A stretch of DNA of 64,000 nt from Sphyrna mokarran (taxonomy: Eukaryota), in the NCBI GenBank assembly GCA_024679065.1, contig JAGIQG010000010.1, forward strand, positions 62,558,001 to 62,622,000, given 5' to 3'. The translations under genes were made by a program, and so were the position numbers. Positions within the stretch are counted from its first letter, which is position 1. Every line of letters starts with the position of its first letter. The notes under the pieces were generated by a model that saw nothing but the letters and a program-made list of their open reading frames with translations, searched no databases and was not told the origin of the DNA. Below are positions 56,199-64,000 of this stretch, piece after piece.

Positions 56199-57074
56199 TT
56201 GAGTGACAGGAAACAAAAGTCTTGTGGTTAATGGCTGTTTTTCAGGCTGGAGGAAGGTTTATAATGTAGTTCCCCAGAAGTCAATGTTGGAACTCTTGCT
56301 TTTTCGAATAAGACATAGACCTTGGTGTACAGGACACAATTTCAAAGTACTAGGACAGAGTAGATAAGGAGAAAATGTTCCCATTTGTGAAAGGGTGAAG
56401 AATGAGATTTAAAGTAATTTGCAAATGAGGCAAAAGTAACATGGGAAAATAAAATTCATGTAGTGAGTGGGTGAGGTCTGGAATTCATTGCCTGAAGTGG
56501 GATGGAAGTGGGCTCAATCAAAGCATTTAAAAGGGAATTAGACTGTTATTTGAAAAGGAAGGATGTGCATGGTTGCAGAGAAAAGGTAAGAGAATGGAAC
56601 CAACAGAGTTGCTCAGACAAAATGGGCTGAATGGCCTTCTTCTGCATTGTAACTATTTTGTGATTCTGTGATATGAATCTGAGCTGCTTCAGTATTTGTG
56701 ATATCTCAGATATGTCAATATGGATGTATTTTTTTCAACATTAGCTACATATAAAGAGACATATTGAGAATCCATATTTCCTGTTACAGATCCCCATTAT
56801 GCAAATAAATAATACTTTGATGAGACTTTCAGTATTAAATGCTGAGTTAAAAAATTGCTCTCATCTGTTAGCTGCCTTCCCATCCTGTTACTCATTACAA
56901 GCCATCCTAGCCTTAGTCTGAGCACTCCTATTTTTTATTCCTAGATGAACTTTTGAAACTCAGAGGACTTCCTCACTCTCTTCCAAATCCATATGTTCAT
57001 TCTTGCCATTGTCAAATAGAAAAGCTACAATCATTAAAATGCTGAACCCTAAAAAGAATAAGTCATGCCAACGC

Positions 57075-57790
57075 TTTTTTATTTATTCATGGGATGTGAG
57101 TATTGTTGGCTAGACTAGCATTTATTGGGCATCACTAATTGTCCATGGGAAGGTGGTGGTGAGCTGCTTTCTTGAACCACTGCAGTCCATATGGTGGAGG
57201 TAAACCCCAAGTGCTGTTTTGGAAGGAGTTCCAGAATTTTGACCAGTGATAGTGAAGGAATATCAATATATTTCCAATTGAAGGTGGTGAGTGATTTGGA
57301 AGCAAGCCTCCAGGTGGTAGTGTTCCCAGGTATCTGCTGGTCCTGCCCTTCTAGATGGGAGTGGTCCTGAGTTTTGAAAGTGCTGCTTAAGGACCCTTGG
57401 TGAGTTTCTATAGTGCATTTTGCAGATGGCTGCCACTGTTTTTTTAGTTGTGGAGGGAGTGAATGCTTGTGGATGGGGTGTCAAGCAAGCAGGTTGCTTT
57501 GTTCTGAATGGTGTCAAACTTCTTGAATGTTGTTGGAGTAGCACCCATACAGCCAAGTGCAGAGTATTCCATCACACTCCTGACTTGTGCCTTGTAGATG
57601 GTGCACATATTTTGGAGTGTCAGAGGCAAGTTACTCACCACAGGATTCCAAGGCTCTGACCTGCTATTATATTGACAGTATTTATACAACTAGTCCAGTT
57701 TCCAGTCAATAGTCAATGATGAGAGTGGGAGTTTAGCAATGATAATGCCATTGAATGTCAAGGGGTGATGGGTAGATGCTTTCGTGTTTA
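57075..57790 (-). mobile_element. CR1/L2-group LINE 3' fragment
   Basis: Minus ORF TIYKAQVRSVMEYS.L..MGATPTT.KK.DTIQNKA.CL.DTPST.IHSLH. Confidence 0.88.
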
Positions 57791-57799
57791 ATAATTAAA

Positions 57800-58250
57800 T
57801 AAATAGTCCTTGCTTCCGAGATAAAATTCTATTAAAAACCCATCATAATTGTGCTGTCATGGCTTTAGCACACATACAAACAAGAGACTGCAAATCCTCA
57901 GAATGAATGCAGTGCGTGTGGTATAAATTATTAAGCAAACCTAGACGTATACCATTTGCATCATCAATCACTGTGCTACATGAGAGTATTTTGCCAGCCC
58001 CAATTGATGTGCTGTTGCTGAACCCAACCTTGTTCTGATTCTGCCCTCTTTGAAGTTTAACATCATTTCTACTTTCCTGGCACTTGATAAAGCGAGGGCC
58101 GACTTGCTGGAGTCTCTTCACCTACTATGGACAGATCTGGTAACTCGTATAGATTTCAGGCTCAAGTCTTTCATGATTCAGACTCCCGATGAAAAGCATT
58201 TTCAAATGTCGAATTCCAACGTATCGTTAATCATTTTCTTGTAATTTTTA
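57800..58250. promoter_or_regulatory. Candidate conserved non-coding element
   Basis: Unique block with octamer atttgcat, Pbx-like atcaatca, TCF-like ctttgaag and cataatt motifs, with CpGs retained. Inference only. Confidence 0.35.
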
Positions 58251-59055
58251 AAAAAATTTATGTTAACTGTGGAAAAACTAAGGGACATTCTTTTACATTG
58301 CTATGGTCTGGAATGCCTGAAAGAGGCATGTAGAAAGATTCAAAAAAGAACGGGATAAATATTTGCAAAATAAAATAATTGTACAACTGTAAGAGAAAAG
58401 CAAGCGAGGAGGATAATTTGGACAGATTTTTTTTTGTTCATTGGATGTGGGTATCACTGGCTAGGCCAACATTTCTTGCCCATCTGGAATTGCCCTTGTT
58501 CAGAGTCAACCACATTGCTAGGGTCTGGAGTCACATGTAGGTCAGACTAGGCAAGGATGGCATATTTCCTTCTTTAAAGCATATTTTACAACAATTGTAA
58601 ATGGTATCATGATTAAACTTTTAAATTCAAGATTTTTTTAAAATTGTATTCAAATACCATGGTGGGACTTGAAACCATGAACCTACAGCATTAGCCTGAG
58701 TTGCTAGAGTATTAATTCATTGCTATTACCATTATGCTATCATCTTAAGCTCTTTTAAAGAGCTAGCATCAGCATGAGGGACTGGATAGCCTCTTTGCAC
58801 TATATGATTGATGTATTTACAAAGCTTATTTCCAGTGTTGTTTTTCTCAGTGAGAGTTCAAGTCGGCAGATGAAGGATCACAGTAGTGGTGCATGTTGAT
58901 TCGCTACATTTTGCTCTTTATTTTGAAAGCTTTTGCAGACTGTTAATTTTTTGATTGGAAGACTTTAAAATTGCTGTTTGGCAGTTTTTATTCCTAGCTG
59001 CTATTTGTTAATTGACACTTTCATTCATGTCAGCTGTGATTTGTTGCTGTTTTAG

Positions 59056-59080
59056 GAACGTGGAATTTAAGCCAATTGGT
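59056..59080 (+). CDS. Candidate 25-nt microexon (xNVEFKPIG in phase 2, or xTWNLSQL in phase 1)
   Basis: Acceptor gatttgttgctgttttag and donor GT|gtaagt in unique sequence. Confidence 0.45.
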
Positions 59081-59777
59081 GTAAGTATGATGCAAGAATC
59101 TGCATCTTAAGAAGTTGTTGTATCGCAAAGTGTCGCAGCCTGAACTGGGACAGCCAACAATGCCTTTTATTTGGAACGCTTCTTTGAAAATGTTACAATT
59201 ATGGAACATTGGGGAACCGCTGGCGAAGTGGTATTATCACTGGGCTAGTAACCCAGAATAATGTTCTGGGTTCTCAGGTTCAAGTCCCACCACACATTCA
59301 GTAAAAATCAATTGATAACCCATTGTAGATTATTGTAAAATCCCATCTAGTTCACTAATGTCCTTTATGGAAGGAAATCTGCTATTCTCTATTCTCACCT
59401 GATCTAGCCTCCATGTGATTCCAAATTCACACAAATATATTTAATATTTAACGAGTCCATCCCCTGCAGTTAGGGAGAGATAGTCGGTGCTGGCCTAGCC
59501 AGTGATGTATCACATCCCATGAACGAATAAAGAAAGCAAGTCCTGACATGACAATAACCTGGATTATTTTTGTCTGAGAGTCATGCTTCTCTCATGTTTA
59601 AAAATAATTCTACACTTCCCTTTGGTGAGCTTCATCAGTTTTATTGTCCATGCAGATGCCCAGTACAGGTTAAGGCTGAAAATAGCAATTAGGATCCTAA
59701 CTTATATCATAAAACTCCAAATTAAATACTACAATAGGCTTTTCATCTGCTTGCCAGCAGACGCTGACATCTGACAA

Positions 59778-61007
59778 AGGACACGGTGGCACAATGGTTT
59801 GCGCTGCTGCCTCACAGCATCAGGGATTCAGGTTTGATTCTGGCCTTGGGAGACTGTGTGGAGTTTGCACGTTCTCTGTATATCTGTGTGGGTTTCCTAT
59901 AGGTACTCCAGTATCCTTGCACAGTCCAAGGATGTGTAGGTTAGGTGAAGTTGGTAGAGATTCTGAGTGGTCGATACTATCAGAAATTCAGACAATACGA
60001 GGCTCATGAAGCCAGTGTCTCAGTTTAAAGACATAACCTTTATGTTGACCAGCGGCCGCTAGGAGAAATCATCAAAGGGTCAGGTCAGCTCATGAAATGA
60101 AACAGTTAGGCCTCTCTAATGAATTCTGACGTAGACAATTCAAAACAGATCAATTATAGCTTTTCTTATCAATTACTCCTGCCTTTCATTAGCTTTAAAT
60201 CAATCATCTTCAATATACATAAATCAACAATACCCATCATATACCTTAGCCAATTGCACCTTACTCACTGGCATAATGACATTTTATTAGTCTGTAGGAT
60301 CCGGAAGCTAACTCTTGTCTTGGCTGACGCCACTTCCTGGTTATGATGCCTGATTATCTGTGATGCTAGCCCAAAGTTCAAATGAACGCTCCCATGAGTT
60401 CTGCTATAGGTCACTGCCAAACCAGATTAACAAATAACTCCACATCTGAAAATGCATCCATTTTATCTGGACAGTGAATAAACCCTCTTCAAAAAAATGA
60501 TTAAGTGTTCTAAATGTTCTAACCATCCAAAACTCTACTGGTAAAACTTGTGTATTCCCAGGGCTTAAATATTCTCTTAGAATATGGCTTTGCTCTTATT
60601 CCCTTTACAATGATGCCTCGCAGCAAGCTACCTTTGGCTAAAGTATACAATAATTCTTAAAAATGCAATAATACATTCAAAATACCAGCTTATGTATTTT
60701 AAATCATCATCACTTGTTTAAATCTGTAACTGCATTTCATATATGTATAAATTGCTTTCTTGTTAGTTTGTAATTCTGTTTTAAAATCATTTAACTTAAT
60801 ACTGGGAGTTCTGTCAGTGCTTTAATGTCTAATTGTTTAAAATTACTAACCTATTAGAATATTTCACCTTATAGGTGGATTGGCCATGGTAAATGCATGG
60901 AGGTAGGAAGGGTGGGCCTGAGTAAGTTGTTCTTTCAGAGAGTCAGTGCAGACTCGATGGGCTGAATGATCTACTTCTGCATTATAGAGATTCTATGGCT
61001 TCTATGA
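59778..61007 (+). mobile_element. HE1-type SINE split in two (59778-59947 and 60872-61007)
   Basis: The 5' half ends gatgtgtaggttaggtg and the 3' half starts taggtggattggccatggtaaat. These are contiguous in the intact copies at 5855 and 24118. Confidence 0.88.
59946..60866 (-). mobile_element. Solo-LTR-like element
   Basis: TGAA...TTCA ends, non-coding. The minus strand shows TATA-like, cataaa poly(A)-like and GT-rich downstream tracts near the 59946 end. Flanked by duplicated tagg(tg). Confidence 0.55.
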
Positions 61008-61009
61008 AA

Positions 61010-63250
61010 CTGAAGCTGGTTGTTTTTCTGGATGTTAACATGGGCAATAATTCTATCAATCCCATCTTGACACTATTCCTGTACTTGTAACACCAGGCGA
61101 AGGAAATGAAAACTAAATTGTATGTCTTCATCCATTTTAAAGAGTTTTGCAATTAATTTTCCATGACTCAAAAAACATATGCCAGTTTTTTTCATTATTT
61201 TCATGATTTTCACGATCTTCATGCATTCTCGTTGTGAATTCAACTCTGGAAATCTCATATCTAAGAGCTGCTCTTTATCCTTACCATCTGTCTTGGATAG
61301 CATTCACTTCTTGGGAGTGTTTCTGCCTGAATGCAGCTTCCACAACAACAAGTGAGAATCTAGTCTTATATAACATTAATGAACTCAATGAGTGATACCA
61401 GTTCCTGATGAAACAGCAAGTCAAGCCAATTGTCCCATCCACATTTTTTGAATTATACAGCCTTGTCGTCTTTTCTTACATGATAACGTTATTTTTCAGC
61501 TTTGTTTGCAGTACATTTGGACAAAGATTTCAGAACCAGAATAACCACATTCTTTAAAATTGTGGGAGAACAACAAAGTGGCAATGCAGTCAGGATATTT
61601 TCTCGCTTCCCTCAGACAAAGGAAGGAAAGTATTGCTGGTTTACTCCTCCGCTTATGTGTCAGCATCAGACTCTGATATATTGTAGCATTTGCTCCGAAA
61701 GCTCCAGTGGATTTCTCATTTCATCTCTTTTCATTCTTAAACTTCTCCTATTACTCTATTACCAGTACCAGTTTCACAGTCTGACAGCTACACTTTGCCC
61801 ATTATTCTTTCCTCACTGGAATTTTGTGCATCAGGTTCAATCTTTGCCTCCAACCTAATTGTGCCTGACAAAGGTTTCATTCTCTTCTGTCTTCAGCAAC
61901 TTCCTTTATTTCTCCTGCAGTTTTTAACATGATTCCCCCTTAATTTGGTCTTAATGTCTAGCTAACATTTTTGTCAGGTATATCAGTTTTAATTGTGCCT
62001 ACTTTGTCGAATTTTCCGATGCCAGTTCAAAATGGTAATGTTTCAGATCCATGTTATGCATCCACCTGCGGAAACCTTCACTATTGTGGGTAGCAGATTT
62101 TGCTAAATTTCCTTTCAGAATTTCATACGTGTGTTCTTGTGGAGAAGATTTCTCCCATTATCGATGTTAATGTAAAATCTCTCCCTTTCTCTACCCAAGT
62201 CTCAGGAAGCTCTGAACATGGATCTGTATTTATTTTGAAAGATTACCAATTTTCTCATTCTCCTTTGGTGACAGAATTGAATGTTGTTAGAGTAGTGGTC
62301 TACCGATGTTGGATGGTCTCTGCTTTCTCTCATACAAGACCATTTCTTGCTTATCTCCCTAGATAACGAGAGTTGGTGAGGAATTTGGCCTTTGGAGTTT
62401 ATAATTCTGTTTTAAAGTCATTTAACTTAATACTGGGAGTTCTGTCAGTTCTTTAATATCTAATGGTTTAAAAATTTCTAACTTGTCAGGATATTATAAT
62501 GAGAGTTGGTGAGGCATTTGGCCTTTGGAGTACCAGGGGGAGCTCATCTTCTCCCTCATCTAATGCTTACATTTGTATTTTTCACCAGGATAGAAGTGGG
62601 ATGCCTGCCAAATGTTTTTATTCTTTACCTGAAGGCAATTGCAATAACCAGATTATTATCCTGTCTAATTAAGAACAGACCTGGAATCAAACCTTGGCCT
62701 ACCTGTGCTTTAGTTTCCTGTTGCCTTTGCTGAATAAACCTTTAATGGAGGTGAATAATCATATTTGACCTATTTTTTCTTAAAAGTAATCTTTGGGCAC
62801 TTTTCAACAATTTGATTTCAATGCTGCCAGAACTTCAGATCTTTGTTGTAGATGAGAGAACTAATACCTCAGAGATGAAAGCATTTCTCATAGCTAGTAA
62901 ACAAAGTGCTATGAGGGTGTCTCTGGATATCAGGGCATTGTGTATGCCTTCAACACACTTGAACTTTGGAGGCTTGAAAAAGCATCAGATATGTCCTCTG
63001 TTTTCCTGTTGCGTCTCCCAGATGGTTTCATTCATGTTGTGCTATTTTTCTTTCCATATTAGAACCGTGTCAGACTCGATGCTTTATTTTTCTTCCTTTT
63101 ATCTTTAAAGTGGCTGTGGATTGAATCCAATTTGAGTCACTCAGTAGGCATGGATTGAAGTTTCCCGACTCTGTCCTCATGATGGCGTTTAGCTGCAAGT
63201 CTACAACCTTAATGCAGTAACTGCAGGATGCGCAGGGGTTGTATTCTGCA
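61010..63250 (-). mobile_element. Highly decayed LTR-retroelement/ERV-like pol region
   Basis: Minus-strand remnants in retroviral order: protease-like (TLKIKGRKIK..DT, ~63070-63120), then integrase-like (LVVVEAAF..ECYP ~61300-61355; G.CF..GKLIAKL.K...IQFSFH ~61110-61190). The motifs are frameshifted and weak. Confidence 0.35.
62363..62531 (+). repeat. 36-bp direct repeats (62363-62398, 62496-62531) flanking a 97-bp insert similar to 60765-60863
   Basis: ataacgagagttggtgaggaatttggcctttggagt vs ataatgagagttggtgaggcatttggcctttggagt (2 mismatches). Confidence 0.93.
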
Positions 63251-64000
63251 TCAGAGTAGTCAAAGGTTTCCAATATAAAAGCAAGAAACAGCAAATGCGG
63301 AAAACCTGAAATGAAATAAGAAAATGTTGGAAAATCTCAGTAGGTTTGTCTATGGAGAAAGAAACTGAGTTAACTTTCCAAGGCTGCATTACTCTTCTTC
63401 AGTGCCTCAAGATGCTGTTCAATTTTACCCCATTTGTCATTCGCTGTTGCCTGCCACTTGCTATAGGATTGGGAAAACTCATCCCCTAAGAATAAATCCG
63501 ACATTCCCATCACAAAGACTTGTAGAACCCACCCACTTGTAGAAGATAGCGTTTAAAATCATGTGTGCCATTCTGGGAAGCAGCAACTAATAATAATGGA
63601 GCTGGTATCAACTCACTCTCAAGACTGATAAGAGTCACGGGACCACACAACATGGAAAAACAAACAGTTTGAAATTGACCCAACAGTTCCTGGAATGCTT
63701 GGTTTTGACTTCCCTCAAAGGCAATGGAAAGCCCTCAATTGAATCTGTGTAGGTAGTGGAGGAAGCAGCCACTTGCTCCATATGTTAACCTGAAGCGAGA
63801 ATGTGGCCATGAATCTCAGACAATAGAGCACATCTAATCAATGTGCTCACCAAGATCTGTTGTGTAAGATATCTCATTTCTTCATTTGGTGATAGTCGAA
63901 CTAGACATCCCATTAGAACCTCATTCATATGAAAGCTATGATACCCAATTTGAGATTCTCTTTGTGCATTGTGCAACATCTTACACCCTTTTCTAACAGT

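Larger units (their letters stand above)
53410..56672 (+). mobile_element. Decayed CR1 LINE hosting Rex1 (~53700-53886) and RTE (~54165-56198) insertions
   Basis: YMDFQKAFDTVPH...WVQN.LS stops at ~54162, and LSDRKQ.VVNGCFSGWR resumes at ~56199; 3' tail at ~56670. Confidence 0.85.

Noticed and set aside
58056-58139. 84-nt exon (FNIISTFLALDKARADLLESLHLLWTDL)
   Set aside because: Only moderate sites (gaag / gtaact). It does not fix the frame between neighbouring candidates and sits in an enhancer-like block.
62363-62531. 36-bp direct repeats as a CRISPR array
   Set aside because: Only two copies, a 97-bp spacer, no cas genes and a eukaryotic context.

Overview
Eukaryotic, AT-rich, repeat-dense DNA, most likely from a cartilaginous fish (shark). 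The inference rests on HE1-type tRNA SINEs, HER1/CR1 LINEs, SacSINE1/Deu-type SINEs, Rex1, RTE, L2 and a decayed L1/Tx1 element. Family names come from recalled consensus sequences, not from a database search. There is no intact gene. The window looks like the inside of a large-intron locus, with a few short candidate + strand exons (best: 6416-6495, 47937-47974, 59056-59080) that I cannot assign to a gene, plus several repeat-free, motif-rich blocks that resemble conserved non-coding enhancers. The ORF track is mostly noise or transposon debris. I did not find a new multi-gene system. The most notable structures are: (i) an old tandem pair of ~290-bp elements conserved only in motif-like blocks (16021-16304 / 17894-18197); (ii) two ~97%-identical local inverted duplications (9.5-10.7 kb and 54.7-55.3 kb); (iii) a solo-LTR-like element splitting a SINE, with a ~97-bp copy of its end flanked by a 36-bp duplication 1.6 kb away; (iv) a possible 4-nt microexon on the - strand. 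Coordinates and identities were read by eye, and repeat boundaries are approximate.
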